DNA from: an uncultured virus (IMG/VR IMGVR_UViG_2802429268_000001) | Taxonomy: Duplodnaviria; Heunggongvirae; Uroviricota; Caudoviricetes | Virus record (IMG/VR): IMGVR_UViG_2802429268_000001 | Length of the DNA: 64,000 nucleotides | Reading direction: 5' to 3' (one strand) | Part shown: in pieces, positions 25,732-35,960 of the stretch | How positions within the stretch are numbered: position 1 is the first letter of the stretch | How the letters are laid out: each line of letters opens with the position of its first letter | Position numbers and translations under genes: made by a program | Notes under the pieces: model-generated | Database searches by the model: none | What the model saw: the letters and a program-made list of their open reading frames with translations, nothing else | Told to the model about the DNA's origin: nothing

Positions 25732-27184
25732 GCGAGCCGCTGAATCCGAACGCGAGCGTATTGCCAAGGATGCAGAGCGTATCCGGGCGCGGTGCCAGTC
25801 GCTTGCGGGGTTCGTCCGCGAAGCCTGGCATGTGCTCGAGCCGACGCAGAAGCTGGTATGGAACTGGCATCTGGACGCGCTTTGCGCTCACCTCGAGGCG
25901 ATAACCGACGGCCGGATCAATCGGCTGCTGGCAAACGTTCCGCCAGGCTCGTCTAAGTCGGTCATCGTCTCGGTCATGTGGCAGGCATGGGAGTGGGGGC
26001 CGAAGGGTCTTGCTTCCCTCCGCTACCTGACGACGGCGTTCAACGATGGCCCGGTCAAGCGCGATACCCGCAAGTGTCGCGACCTCATCCTGTCGGAGTG
26101 GTATCGCTCGCTCTGGCCGGAAGTGAAGCTGAACCGGACGGGCGAGACATCCTTCGCCAACACATCGACAGGGACGCGGGAAGGCGTTCCCTTCGGCTCC
26201 CTGACGTCACAGCGCGGCGATCGGCTGATCATCGACGACCCGCATTCGACTGAGACCGCAGAGAGCCCGGCAGAGCGCACGGCGACGACCCGCAAGTTTC
26301 GCGAGGGTGCTCAGAACCGCCTGAACGATCAGGAAGCATCCGCCATCGTGGTCATCATGCAGCGCCTGCATGAGGAAGACGTGTCGGGTGTGATCAAGAA
26401 ACTCGGCATGGACTATGTCCACCTGATGCTTCCGATGGAATTCGAGCCGGAGCGCAAGTGCGTTACCTGCATCGGCTTCGAAGATCCGCGGACATATGAC
26501 GGCGAGCTTCTGGACCCTGTCAGATTCCCGCCCGACGTTGTCGCCAACCTAAAGCGCGACATGGGCTCCTATGCATTCGCCGGCCAGTATCAACAGCGGC
26601 CCGTGCCCCGTGAAGGCGGCATGTTCAAGCGCGAATGGTTCGCCGGCAAGATCATCAGCCAGGCGCCGGCCGGAACGCGATGGGTCAGGCATTGGGACTT
26701 AGCCGCGACAAAGAAGGTCACCGCAGCGCGCACCGCCGGCGTGAAGCTCGGTCGCGCGCCTGATGGCTCGTTCATCGTCGGCCACGTCGTCAAGACCCAG
26801 GACGAGGGCAATAAGGTCAGGATGCTGATCAAGGCCACAGCGGAAGTGGATGGCAAGAGCGTCGATATCAGCCTCCCGCAGGATCCAGGACAGGCCGGCA
26901 AGGTGCAGGCGAAAGACATGGTCGCAATGTTGGCGGGCTGGAAGGTGACCGCCGAACCGGAAACGGGCGACAAGATCACGCGAGCCGAACCGTTCTCGAG
27001 CCAGTGCGAGGCGGGAAACGTCTATCTCGTCGCGGGTGAGTGGAATGAGGACTACCTCGACGAGCTCTGCATGTTCCCGGGCGGCTCGTTCAAAGACCAG
27101 GTCGACGGCTCGTCCGGCGCCTTCGGGAAGCTGATAAACGCACCGCGGAGCGGGCACGAAGTCGAGATAACGGGGCTTTACTGA
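25700..27184 (+). CDS. Terminase large subunit
   Basis: NVPPGSSKS, IIDDPH, YQQRP, WDLA, KDQVD. Confidence 0.95.
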   Translation: MMRAIRAEKARRAAESERERIAKDAERIRARCQSLAGFVREAWHVLEPTQKLVWNWHLDALCAHLEAITDGRINRLLANVPPGSSKSVIVSVMWQAWEWGPKGLASLRYLTTAFNDGPVKRDTRKCRDLILSEWYRSLWPEVKLNRTGETSFANTSTGTREGVPFGSLTSQRGDRLIIDDPHSTETAESPAERTATTRKFREGAQNRLNDQEASAIVVIMQRLHEEDVSGVIKKLGMDYVHLMLPMEFEPERKCVTCIGFEDPRTYDGELLDPVRFPPDVVANLKRDMGSYAFAGQYQQRPVPREGGMFKREWFAGKIISQAPAGTRWVRHWDLAATKKVTAARTAGVKLGRAPDGSFIVGHVVKTQDEGNKVRMLIKATAEVDGKSVDISLPQDPGQAGKVQAKDMVAMLAGWKVTAEPETGDKITRAEPFSSQCEAGNVYLVAGEWNEDYLDELCMFPGGSFKDQVDGSSGAFGKLINAPRSGHEVEITGLY

Positions 27185-28623
27185 TGACCGATACCGAATT
27201 CGACATCACCGCGAAGCATCCGAGCTACGACGCCTATATCGACCAGTGGCGGATGATGCGCGATGCGGTCGACGGCGAAGACTGCGTGAAGGCGCGCGAC
27301 ACGGTCGGGCATCAAAAGTATCTGCCGATGAAGTCCGCGATGCGGGCGATGTCCGACCAGCAGGCGAAGGAAGCCGCATACAAGGCATACAAGGACCGGG
27401 CGGAGTTTCCGGAGATCGTTTCACCCACGGTGCGCGGCTGCCTCGGGCTCATCCATTCGAAGCCGTCGGTTTATGAACTGCCGTCCAGCCTGAAGCCGCT
27501 CTTGGAGAAGGCCACCAAAGAGGGTTTGACGCTTGAGGGGCTGCACCAGCGCATCACCGCAGAATTGCTGCGTGTGGGGCGCTATGGGCTGCTGGCGGGT
27601 GTTGCGGAAGACGGTGCATTCCACATCGCCGGCTACACCACGGAAACCGTCATCAATTGGGACGTCGACGAGACGGGAAAGCTCTACTTCCTCGTCCTCG
27701 ACGAATCCTCCCAGGTCCGCAACCCGGTAACGAACAAATGGGACGGCCGCGAGCAATATCGTGAATGCCTCGTCGATACCGAGCGCGGCGTGTTCCTGTC
27801 GCGCGAATGGGTCGCGAAGGTCGTCGACGGCAAGAAGGAATGGCTCATAGGCGAGTGGGTCTCCGCCACGATCAAGGGCAAGGACGCCCTGCCGATCCTG
27901 CCGTTCACCTTCATCGACACGATGGACCTGACGACAGAGCCGGACGACATCCCTCTCTATGGCCTGGCAAAGCTCGCCTTCCGGGCCTACCGGCTTGACG
28001 CGGACTACGTCACCGCCTTGCACATGACCTCGGAGCCGACGCCTTGGGTGTCTGGCGTCAATAAGGATGCTGCGCCGATCACGATCGGAGCTTCGAAGCT
28101 TTGGGTGCTTGAGCCGGAAGGGGCTGAGTGCGGCTTTCTCGAATTCAACGGCCCTGGCATCGCGGAGCAGGAAAAAGCGATCAAAAACACGCTCGAGCGG
28201 GCCATTATCTTCGGAGCTCAGCTTTTCGCGGACAATAAGCGGGCGGCGGAATCGGGCGAGGCATTGGAACTCCGCCTTGGCACGCAGACGTCGACGCTCA
28301 CCATGATCGCCAAGGCATCGGCCGCCGGTCTCGAGCAGACACTGCGCCAGATCGCAGTGTGGAATAGCGAAGATCCTAAACAGGTCACTGTCAAGCCCAA
28401 CCTCGACTTCATCGATCGGCAACTGACGCCGCAGGAGATCATGGCGCTTGTCTCCGGCTGGCAGTCGGGCGGCTACTCGCGCCTGACGCTTTACGAGAAC
28501 CTGCAGCGCGGCGGTGTCGCCAACCCGGAACGCACATTCGAAGACGAAAGCGAACTGATTGCCGGCGATCCGGTGCTTGCCGGTATGACGTCGGGTGAGG
28601 GCGACAATGGCAACGGCGAATGA
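27184..28623 (+). CDS. Portal protein (DUF4055-like)
   Basis: Follows terL; YLP...AYKDRAEF; ESGEALELR. Confidence 0.88.
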   Translation: MTDTEFDITAKHPSYDAYIDQWRMMRDAVDGEDCVKARDTVGHQKYLPMKSAMRAMSDQQAKEAAYKAYKDRAEFPEIVSPTVRGCLGLIHSKPSVYELPSSLKPLLEKATKEGLTLEGLHQRITAELLRVGRYGLLAGVAEDGAFHIAGYTTETVINWDVDETGKLYFLVLDESSQVRNPVTNKWDGREQYRECLVDTERGVFLSREWVAKVVDGKKEWLIGEWVSATIKGKDALPILPFTFIDTMDLTTEPDDIPLYGLAKLAFRAYRLDADYVTALHMTSEPTPWVSGVNKDAAPITIGASKLWVLEPEGAECGFLEFNGPGIAEQEKAIKNTLERAIIFGAQLFADNKRAAESGEALELRLGTQTSTLTMIAKASAAGLEQTLRQIAVWNSEDPKQVTVKPNLDFIDRQLTPQEIMALVSGWQSGGYSRLTLYENLQRGGVANPERTFEDESELIAGDPVLAGMTSGEGDNGNGE

Positions 28624-29677
28624 GGAAGCCTTAGACGCCTCGGTGCGTCACCAGATCGGCATCCTGCGGTATTCCTCGTCGGTCGTCCGCAAGGTCGTCT
28701 CGCTGCTGAATAAGGTCGACGACCGGCTCGTCAATGAAATCGCCAGGCGCGGGGTAGGGGATCAGGGTTTTACCCAGCGCCGCCTGGAACTGCTGTTGGA
28801 CTCGGTGCGCGCCATCATAGCCGAAGCCTATGGCAAGGCCACCACGGCGCTGAATGACGAACTGAAAGACCTGTCGACCTACGAGCGCGACTTTCAATTG
28901 AACATGCTCGGTCGATCTATCCCGGTTCGCTTCGACTTCATCAAGCCGACCAGCGCACAGCTTTATGCAGCGGTGACGGCCCGCCCATTCAACGGCCTGC
29001 TGCTGCGGGACTGGTACAAGGATCTTGAGGCCGGCGCCTACCGCCGCCTTCGGGACTCAATCCGCATGGGCTATGTCGAAGGCCGGACGACGGATCAGAT
29101 CGTCAGGGACATTCGCGGCACCAGGGCGCAGCGATACAAGGACGGCATTCTCGAAATCTCCCGCAGGGGAGCCGAGGCCACCGTCCGCACGGCGATCAAC
29201 CACACCGCCACCGTTGCCCGCAACGAGACGTACAAGGCGAACAGCGACGTCATCAAAGGCGTCGTCTGGGTGGCGACTCTCGATCATCGTACGACTGCGG
29301 TCTGTCGCGGTCGTGACGGCAAGGTCTATCCGCTCGACAGCGGACCCCGGCCGCCGGCGCATATCAACTGCCGCTCCTCGACGGCCCCTGTGCTGAAGTC
29401 GTGGAAGGAAATGGGCATCAACCTCAAGGAAGCGCCGGAAGGCACGAGAGCGTCAATGGACGGTCAAGTCCCGGCGTCGATGACCTATTCGGATTGGCTG
29501 AGAAAGCAGCCGAAAGAGGTACAGGACGACATTCTCGGGGTTGCCAAGGCGAAACTGTTCCGCAGCGGCGGCTTGACCCTCGACAGGTTTGTTGACGCCA
29601 AAGGCCACGAGTATACATTAGCGGAACTCGCCAAGCGCGAGAGCGAGGCTTTTGCAAAGGCTGGCATTGACCGATAA
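28607..29677 (+). CDS. Minor head protein (Mu gpF/SPP1 gp7-like)
   Basis: WVATLDHRTTAVCRGRDG...PPAHINCRS. Confidence 0.9.
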   Translation: MATANEEALDASVRHQIGILRYSSSVVRKVVSLLNKVDDRLVNEIARRGVGDQGFTQRRLELLLDSVRAIIAEAYGKATTALNDELKDLSTYERDFQLNMLGRSIPVRFDFIKPTSAQLYAAVTARPFNGLLLRDWYKDLEAGAYRRLRDSIRMGYVEGRTTDQIVRDIRGTRAQRYKDGILEISRRGAEATVRTAINHTATVARNETYKANSDVIKGVVWVATLDHRTTAVCRGRDGKVYPLDSGPRPPAHINCRSSTAPVLKSWKEMGINLKEAPEGTRASMDGQVPASMTYSDWLRKQPKEVQDDILGVAKAKLFRSGGLTLDRFVDAKGHEYTLAELAKRESEAFAKAGIDR

Positions 29678-29936
29678 ACCGCAACGCTTCCGAGTGATTC
29701 CAGGCGGCCCCGCTGGCGACGGCGAGGCAAAGCCCAAGGCATATCGCGCAAGGAAGCGTGGCGAGCCGGAAGTTCTGACCTGCAGCGTCTGCGAACAGGA
29801 CACGGGCATCGCAACGGCGCTCACCTTCGAAATGAAACAGGGCCGGATGATCCGCGACGGGCAACCGTTCGGCGGGTCGAAGGTCATCTACTGCGGGTTC
29901 TGCTTGGCCCGCGGGAAGCTGACGAGGTTGGTGTGA
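29667..29936 (+). CDS. Zn-finger protein
   Basis: CSVC...CGFC. Confidence 0.65.
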   Translation: MTDKPQRFRVIPGGPAGDGEAKPKAYRARKRGEPEVLTCSVCEQDTGIATALTFEMKQGRMIRDGQPFGGSKVIYCGFCLARGKLTRLV

Positions 29937-30142
29937 GCGAGTGGCGATTGATCCACGAGAGCGACGACTGGCCGGATTGGCAAGACGTGGGCAAGCGCGT
30001 CGAAGTCGAATTGGAAGACGGGCGCACAGTCACAGGTCTGCTCAACGCTGACACGGCCGGAAGCGATAACCCGATATTTGAAATCGAAACCGCTGACGGG
30101 GCGTTCCCGTTCGGCTACCCGGTTCGCTGGCGCGTCATCTAA
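29933..30142 (+). CDS. Hypothetical protein
   Basis: GTGA overlap. Confidence 0.6.
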   Translation: MSEWRLIHESDDWPDWQDVGKRVEVELEDGRTVTGLLNADTAGSDNPIFEIETADGAFPFGYPVRWRVI

Positions 30143-30158
30143 ACCTCAAGGAACATCG

Positions 30159-30761
30159 TTGCTCACAGTTGCATGCGTCCTTCGCTCTGGCGGAGTGTAT
30201 GACGCTGAGGATGTCTTGCGCCTTGAAGCCGGCGTGAGCGCGCATCTTGGCATCCCGCATCGCTTCGTCTGCCTGACCGACATGCATGTGCTCTGCGACA
30301 TGGTCCCGCTCGAGGAAGGCTGGCCCGGCTGGTGGTCGAAGATGGAACTGTTCCGCGCAGATATCGCTGGCGATCTGCTCTACTTCGATCTCGACACGAT
30401 CATCACCGGCGACCTGTCGGACATGGCATCGATCGGCCGCCTCGCCATCATGCGGGACGTCTACCGGCCGGACGGGCTGCAATCCTCGGTCATGTTCATT
30501 CCGGAAGCCGTGCGGAAACAGGTCTGGGAAGTCTTCACAGAGGATCCGGCGCATTACATGGCGCAATACTCCTGCGGAGGCGATCAAGCGTTCCTCGAGC
30601 TTCTGTGGCTCGGGAAAGCGGCCATTTGGCAGGATGTTCTTCCGGGGCAAGTTCAATCCTACAAGGCGGCCCACATGGCCGAACGCGGCGTTCCCGACAA
30701 CTGCCGAGCGGTGATCTTTCACGGTCGGCCGAAACCAAGAGACATCGGATGGAAACTGTAG
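30159..30761 (+). CDS. Glycosyltransferase (GT-A/GT8-like)
   Basis: FVCLTD, GWWSKMELF, YFDLD (DxD), GDQAF, IFHGRPKP. Confidence 0.85.
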   Translation: MLTVACVLRSGGVYDAEDVLRLEAGVSAHLGIPHRFVCLTDMHVLCDMVPLEEGWPGWWSKMELFRADIAGDLLYFDLDTIITGDLSDMASIGRLAIMRDVYRPDGLQSSVMFIPEAVRKQVWEVFTEDPAHYMAQYSCGGDQAFLELLWLGKAAIWQDVLPGQVQSYKAAHMAERGVPDNCRAVIFHGRPKPRDIGWKL

Positions 30762-30910
30762 TGCGCTTCAAGGTGCTCAAAGCCCGTATACCGGTCGTCC
30801 CGCGCTTCTGGTGGCATGTCGCAGGCCGTCGTCTTTTCGACAGGTCGGTTTCGCCGCGCATCAAAGCTATGTGGAAACTCGGCGCATACAATACCGAGGT
30901 GGCGCGATGA
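30761..30910 (+). CDS. Small basic protein
   Basis: Coupled between GT and FkbM genes. Confidence 0.45.
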   Translation: MRFKVLKARIPVVPRFWWHVAGRRLFDRSVSPRIKAMWKLGAYNTEVAR

Positions 30911-31548
30911 GTGTTCTGCCTTTGCCCACCGGCTACCGGCTGGAGCGCGGCTTGCTCTGGCCTGCCGATGACCGGGACTGCGCGGCCGTCGTGTTCGACA
31001 CCGTGCCCGACATGGACCATGCGCTCAAGCACTGCCGGAAGTTCGATCTCGCAGTGCAGGCCGGCGGCAACATGGGCGTCTGGGCTCTGTCGCTTGCCCA
31101 GGATTTTAAGCGGGTAGTGACGTTTGAACCGGATCCGGTCAACTTCCGGGCGCTCGTCCACAACACCTCGACGGCAAAGAACATCCTGGCGCTGCCCTGC
31201 GCTCTCGGTTCGAAGGGCGGCACATGGTGCGATCTGGAGCGGGAAGCGGGCAATGCCGGCGCCCATCAGGTCAAACTCGGCGATGTCGCCCCGGTCGTCA
31301 CGCTCGACGATCTGAACCTGCCGGCGCTGGATCTGCTCTATCTCGATATCGAGGGCTTCGAGATGATGGCCTTGATGGGCGGTCTCTCCACCATCGTCAA
31401 GTTCAAGCCGGTCATTGCGATCGAGGACAAGGGCCTCTCCGAGCGCTACGGCTACAAGCAGAACCAGGCGGAGAAGTTCCTTGCCTCGCACGGCTATGAG
31501 GTCGTGGCGCGGCCGCACCGCGACGTGGTGATGGTATGCGGGCGGTAG
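30907..31548 (+). CDS. FkbM-family methyltransferase
   Basis: QAGGNMGVW, FEPD, LDIEGFE, KPVIAIE. Confidence 0.88.
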   Translation: MSVLPLPTGYRLERGLLWPADDRDCAAVVFDTVPDMDHALKHCRKFDLAVQAGGNMGVWALSLAQDFKRVVTFEPDPVNFRALVHNTSTAKNILALPCALGSKGGTWCDLEREAGNAGAHQVKLGDVAPVVTLDDLNLPALDLLYLDIEGFEMMALMGGLSTIVKFKPVIAIEDKGLSERYGYKQNQAEKFLASHGYEVVARPHRDVVMVCGR

Positions 31549-32069
31549 TCATCGGCGGCGGGGCGCCCGTCTGGGACGAGCTCGAGCAAGCGGAATCGCT
31601 CTGTGACTTCGATCTGCTGATCGCGATCAACGATGCTGGGGCGAAATATCCCGGCATTGTCGACTATTGGGTGACCCTGCATCCGGAGAAACTTGGAATA
31701 TGGGCCAAGCAGCGCCAGGAAAACGGCTTCGCACCGGCGAGGCACCATGTCGCTCATGAAGACAACACGCATGCCGCGCGGCGTAATGCGTTCCCGCTTT
31801 CCTTCATGGTTCCGTATACCTGGCCCGGATCGTCGGGCCTTTTCGCTGTGGAAGTGGCGATCAAGAAGCTGGGTTGCGAAAAGATAGTCCTTTGCGGCGT
31901 GCCGATGACGGCGACCCCGCATTTCTTCGACAACGTGAACTGGGATGCGGTCGCGGGCTTCTGGGATGCCTGGCCGATCGCCTATCCACATATCAAGGAC
32001 AAGGTCCGTTCGATGAGTGGACGCACCAAGGAATTGCTCGGGGCTCCGTCCCGCGCATGGCTCGAATAG
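31536..32069 (+). CDS. Maf/DUF115-like (sialyltransferase-like) protein
   Basis: AVVIGGG, IAINDA, GSSGLFAV, IVLCGVPM. Confidence 0.65.
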   Translation: MRAVVIGGGAPVWDELEQAESLCDFDLLIAINDAGAKYPGIVDYWVTLHPEKLGIWAKQRQENGFAPARHHVAHEDNTHAARRNAFPLSFMVPYTWPGSSGLFAVEVAIKKLGCEKIVLCGVPMTATPHFFDNVNWDAVAGFWDAWPIAYPHIKDKVRSMSGRTKELLGAPSRAWLE

Positions 32070-32099
32070 AGCGCAAACTACCGAACCCCGACCCCAACC

Positions 32100-32125
32100 G
32101 GCTCGTCAGTGACGGGCCTTTTTTT
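32100..32125 (+). terminator. Terminator-like hairpin with AGT loop
   Basis: GGCTCGTC-AGT-GACGGGCC then T7. Confidence 0.7.
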
Positions 32126-32139
32126 ATGGAGCAAGGCCA

Positions 32140-32901
32140 GTGGCCATCAAAGCAATCGTACAAGACCTCGACAGTGTCGAAGAACAGTTCCGCGGCCTTT
32201 ATGCCGAGAAGGACGGCGTGTTCGTCCTGCAGATCGGCGGCCTGCAAGAGCATCCGGACGCCAAGGCGCTGAAGGGCGCACTGGACCGAGTCCGCGGCGA
32301 GAAGCGCGAATTGACCGAGAAGCTGACGGCTGTCGAATCCCGCCTGACCGGTCTGCCGGACGATTTCGACGGTTCCGCCTACGAGACCCTGAAGCAGGCG
32401 GCGGAAGGGAAGGGCGGCGCCCCGACCGAGGAGCAAATCCAACAGATCCGCGACAAGGTCCGCCAGACCCTCGAGACCAAGTACAACGGCGAAATCCAGA
32501 CCCGCGACGAGCGCAACGCCAAACTCAACGCCGCCTTGCAGCGGATGACGATCGACGACGGCCTTTCCCGCGCCATGGACGAGGCATCGATCGACCCGCG
32601 GCACAAGGCGAAGCTGCTGCCCTACCTGAAGTCCGCCGGCAAGATCCAGGTCGAAGAAGACGGAGACGTCTTCAAAGCCTCAGTCGAAACCGATCTCGGC
32701 CCCGTGTCGCTGTCTCGCTTCGTCACTGACTGGGCGGGCTCGGATGACGGCAAAATCTACGTCGCCAAGTCCACCGGCCCGAACCCTCCGGGCGGCAAGG
32801 GCAACCTCGGCGGCAAGACGATGAAGCGCGCCGACTTCAACGCCCTCGACCACAAGGCACAGCGCGAAACCGTGTCGGGCGGTACCCAGATCGTCGACTG
32901 A
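32140..32901 (+). CDS. Head scaffolding protein
   Basis: Coiled coil, Gly-rich C-terminus, directly before capsid gene. Confidence 0.85.
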   Translation: MAIKAIVQDLDSVEEQFRGLYAEKDGVFVLQIGGLQEHPDAKALKGALDRVRGEKRELTEKLTAVESRLTGLPDDFDGSAYETLKQAAEGKGGAPTEEQIQQIRDKVRQTLETKYNGEIQTRDERNAKLNAALQRMTIDDGLSRAMDEASIDPRHKAKLLPYLKSAGKIQVEEDGDVFKASVETDLGPVSLSRFVTDWAGSDDGKIYVAKSTGPNPPGGKGNLGGKTMKRADFNALDHKAQRETVSGGTQIVD

Positions 32902-32996
32902 CAACTCCCCGCGGGCGTCCAGTGGTCGCCCGTTCCCCCAAGGCCAGTGGCCTCTTTCAGCCTCAAACCATCAATTGAAACCGAAAGGAGCCCACT

Positions 32997-34142
32997 GTGG
33001 CCAATACGCTTACCAACCTGATTCCGGACCTCTACGAGGCTCTGGATGTCGTTTCCCGCGAACTGACCGGCTTCATCCCGGCGGTTTCCCGCAACTCCTC
33101 GATCGAGCGCGCGGCTCTCAACGAGACCGTTCGTATCCCGGTCACCCCGTCCGCGTCGTCCGCCGACAACACCGCTGGCGTCAACGCCCCGGATACCGGC
33201 GACCAGACGATCGATAACGTCTCCGTGTCGATCACGAAGTCCAAGCACGTTGCGGTGCGCTGGAACGGCGAAGAGACTAAGGGCCTGCAGAACGCCGGCA
33301 CCTTCTCCAGCATCCAGGCGCAGCGCTTCTACCAGGGCATGCGCACGCTGGTGAACGAGATCGAAACCGATCTCTGGACGGAAGCCTATCAGAGCTCGTC
33401 CCGCGCCTACGGTACGGCCGGCACGACTCCGTTCGGCACCGCCGCCGACATGTCCGACTTCGCGGGCGTCATGCGCATCCTCGAAGAGAACGGCGCCCCG
33501 AAGACCGACCTGCAGCTTGTCCTCGGTCATGCTGCGGTTGCCAACCTCCGCGGCAAGCAGTCCGGCCTCTTCAAGGTCAACGAAGCCGGTTCCGCCGACA
33601 TGCTCCGCAACGGCATGACCGACCGCGTCATGGGCATGGCTCTCCGCCATTCCGACGCTGTTAGCCTGCACACCAAGGGCACGGGCGCAAGCTACCTGCT
33701 CAACGATGCGTCCTCGGCAGTCGGCGACACCACGATCGCAGCTGACGGCGGCTCCGGCACGATCCTGGCCGGCGACATCGTGACCTTCGCGGGCACGACC
33801 GACAAGTACGTGGTCAACACGGCCCTGTCGTCCGGCTCCTTCGTCATCGGCAAGCCCGGTCTTGTCGCTGCCGAAACCGACAACGACGCGATCACTGTTG
33901 GCAACAACTACACCGCCAACGTCGCCTTCGACCGCTCGGCTATCGTCCTTGCCACCCGCGCTCCGGCTATGCCGAACGGCGGTGACATGGCCGATGACGC
34001 GATGATGCTTGTCGACGACCGTACCGGTCTCGCCTTCGAAATCGCCGTCTATCGCCAGTTCCTGCAGGTCGTCTACCACGTCCGCCTGGCTTGGGGCTTC
34101 AAGGTCATCAAGGAAGCGCACGTCGCTACCCTGCTCGGCTAA
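32997..34142 (+). CDS. Major capsid protein (P22 gp5-like)
   Basis: MANTLTNLIPDLYEALDVVSRELTGFIP; position. Confidence 0.9.
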   Translation: MANTLTNLIPDLYEALDVVSRELTGFIPAVSRNSSIERAALNETVRIPVTPSASSADNTAGVNAPDTGDQTIDNVSVSITKSKHVAVRWNGEETKGLQNAGTFSSIQAQRFYQGMRTLVNEIETDLWTEAYQSSSRAYGTAGTTPFGTAADMSDFAGVMRILEENGAPKTDLQLVLGHAAVANLRGKQSGLFKVNEAGSADMLRNGMTDRVMGMALRHSDAVSLHTKGTGASYLLNDASSAVGDTTIAADGGSGTILAGDIVTFAGTTDKYVVNTALSSGSFVIGKPGLVAAETDNDAITVGNNYTANVAFDRSAIVLATRAPAMPNGGDMADDAMMLVDDRTGLAFEIAVYRQFLQVVYHVRLAWGFKVIKEAHVATLLG

Positions 34143-34199
34143 CCATGAGACGGGGGCGGCGCAATCCGCCCCTTCTCCCAACCATGAAGGAATCCAGAC

Positions 34200-34466
34200 A
34201 TGAGCAACCAGATCCCGACAGTGAAGATTGCCGACCCCCGCAAGCCGGGCGACTACGCGATCATCAATGAAAGCGACTTCGATCCGGCCGTCCACAAGCG
34301 GTGGGGTGAAGCGAAGGCAGAGGCAAGCACCGCAGAAATCCCAGCCGACTGGCAGGAGATGAAGTGGTTTGCGCTCCGCTCTCTGGCCGCCAACTTCTCC
34401 AACAAACCGCCGGCGAACAAGGCCGAGGCCGAAGCCATCATCAAGGCGGAACTGGCGCGCCGCTGA
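34200..34466 (+). CDS. Head-associated small protein
   Basis: INESDFDPAVH; after capsid gene. Confidence 0.7.
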   Translation: MSNQIPTVKIADPRKPGDYAIINESDFDPAVHKRWGEAKAEASTAEIPADWQEMKWFALRSLAANFSNKPPANKAEAEAIIKAELARR

Positions 34467-34478
34467 TAGGGGTATCCC

Positions 34479-34988
34479 ATGGCCATTGACGTTACAGCCG
34501 GCTCCGCAACCGCCGTTGCCTATGGCTCTGCTGCTGAAGCCGCCACCTATTTCACGGCCCGCGGCATTTCCACATGGACGGGCACAGAAGGCGATAAAGA
34601 GGAAGCCCTCATCCGAGGCTGCGATTACCTTGAACGCCTCTATGCGGGCCGCTGGGTGGGCGTGAAGACGTCTTCGACACAGGCGCTCGCCTGGCCTCGG
34701 GCCTATGTCAACGATCTCGATGGCTATCCGATAGCATCGGACGCGATCCCGACCGCGATCAAACGCGCCAACTTCGAAGCGGCGTTGCTGATCCTGACCG
34801 GAACCGACCTCGAGCCCGTGCTCACCCGCGGCAATGCCATCAAACGCAAGAAGGTGAAGGCCGGACCTGCCGAAGTCGAGACCGAATATGACGGCGGCGC
34901 ACCGACGCGCTCGACGGTCACCTCGATCGATGGGCTGCTGACCGGCTTCATCACCAACAGCAACGGCATCGACCTTCTGAGGGCCTGA
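34479..34988 (+). CDS. Head-tail adaptor (DnaT-like annotation family)
   Basis: QALAWPR, IP..IK.A..EAA, KKVKAG. Confidence 0.85.
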   Translation: MAIDVTAGSATAVAYGSAAEAATYFTARGISTWTGTEGDKEEALIRGCDYLERLYAGRWVGVKTSSTQALAWPRAYVNDLDGYPIASDAIPTAIKRANFEAALLILTGTDLEPVLTRGNAIKRKKVKAGPAEVETEYDGGAPTRSTVTSIDGLLTGFITNSNGIDLLRA

Positions 34989-34990
34989 CA

Positions 34991-35176
34991 ATGTGGTGGA
35001 TCGTCCCGGCGGCTCTCTCGTTCGGGGCGTTCTTCATCGCTTTCAGCCTTTGCGACGGGGAGCCGATGCGGAGCGAATGGGGATCGCTGCTGATCGGCTT
35101 TGCCAACTTCATGCTGTTCGCGTTCGCGACACTCGTCTCGCTGGTCGCCTGGCTGGTCTACTTCATCGTGAATTGA
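34991..35176 (+). CDS. Small membrane protein
   Basis: Two TM helices. Confidence 0.55.
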   Translation: MWWIVPAALSFGAFFIAFSLCDGEPMRSEWGSLLIGFANFMLFAFATLVSLVAWLVYFIVN

Positions 35177-35187
35177 TCGGAGATCGC

Positions 35188-35574
35188 ATGGACCGCGTCA
35201 TCTGGTGTGACAAGGGCTGGCAGCCGATGTACTTCGGCTTCTGCCCCAGCGAGAAGGCGTGGAAGAAGGAAGTCAAGCGTCTGGGCCATATAGACGCTGA
35301 GTACCCCACCAATGCTGGAACGTGCACGGTCTTTCACGAGACCAAGGGCTGGGGGGAATGCATCCTCGTCACCATTGCCGACGGCGCCGAGAGCGAGCGG
35401 AATATGCTCGAAATCGTCGGGCTTCTCGTCCACGAGGCAACCCACGTCTGGCAGTACATCCTGAAGCACATGGGCGAAAAGAGCCCTAGCGCCGAATTCG
35501 AAGCCTATTCGATGCAGGCCATATCGATGGCGTTGGTCCAAGCATTCGATAAGACGAGGGGGTTGCCGAAATGA
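35188..35574 (+). CDS. HExxH-motif phage protein
   Basis: LVHEATH...EFEAY. Confidence 0.7.
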   Translation: MDRVIWCDKGWQPMYFGFCPSEKAWKKEVKRLGHIDAEYPTNAGTCTVFHETKGWGECILVTIADGAESERNMLEIVGLLVHEATHVWQYILKHMGEKSPSAEFEAYSMQAISMALVQAFDKTRGLPK

Positions 35575-35960
35575 CCACCACCGTCGCCGCAATAGCCGAG
35601 GAAGTCTTCGACGCGGTCGCCGAAGAGCTTTCGGACGTCATCCTGTCCTGCACCGTCACCCACAAGACGCAGGGCGCCTATGACGCCACCACGGGCGCTT
35701 ATAGCGAGACGACGAGCACCTACACTGGGCGGGCGCTGATCTGCACCGGCGCGACCGTGGAAGGCGTAGGCGGGGCCAAGATCACCGACATCTTCCCCGG
35801 CTATGTCGCGGGGCCGGCGGACGTCGTGATGATCCTCGAGGGGCTGACCGGCGACCCAAAGGAGAACGACACGATCGCGGCCGGCGGTGTCACGCGCACG
35901 ATCAAGGCTGTCGGCGATGTCGTCGGGGCCGGTTCGTTCTTCATCGTGATCGCCGCATGA
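35571..35960 (+). CDS. Head closure/neck protein
   Basis: GAYDATTG motif; position. Confidence 0.7.
   Translation: MTTTVAAIAEEVFDAVAEELSDVILSCTVTHKTQGAYDATTGAYSETTSTYTGRALICTGATVEGVGGAKITDIFPGYVAGPADVVMILEGLTGDPKENDTIAAGGVTRTIKAVGDVVGAGSFFIVIAA

Noticed and set aside
32757..34991. 744-aa minus-strand ORF and similar long antisense ORFs (39621-41117, 55410-56765)
   Set aside because: Shadow frames of high-GC3 capsid, tape measure and tuf genes
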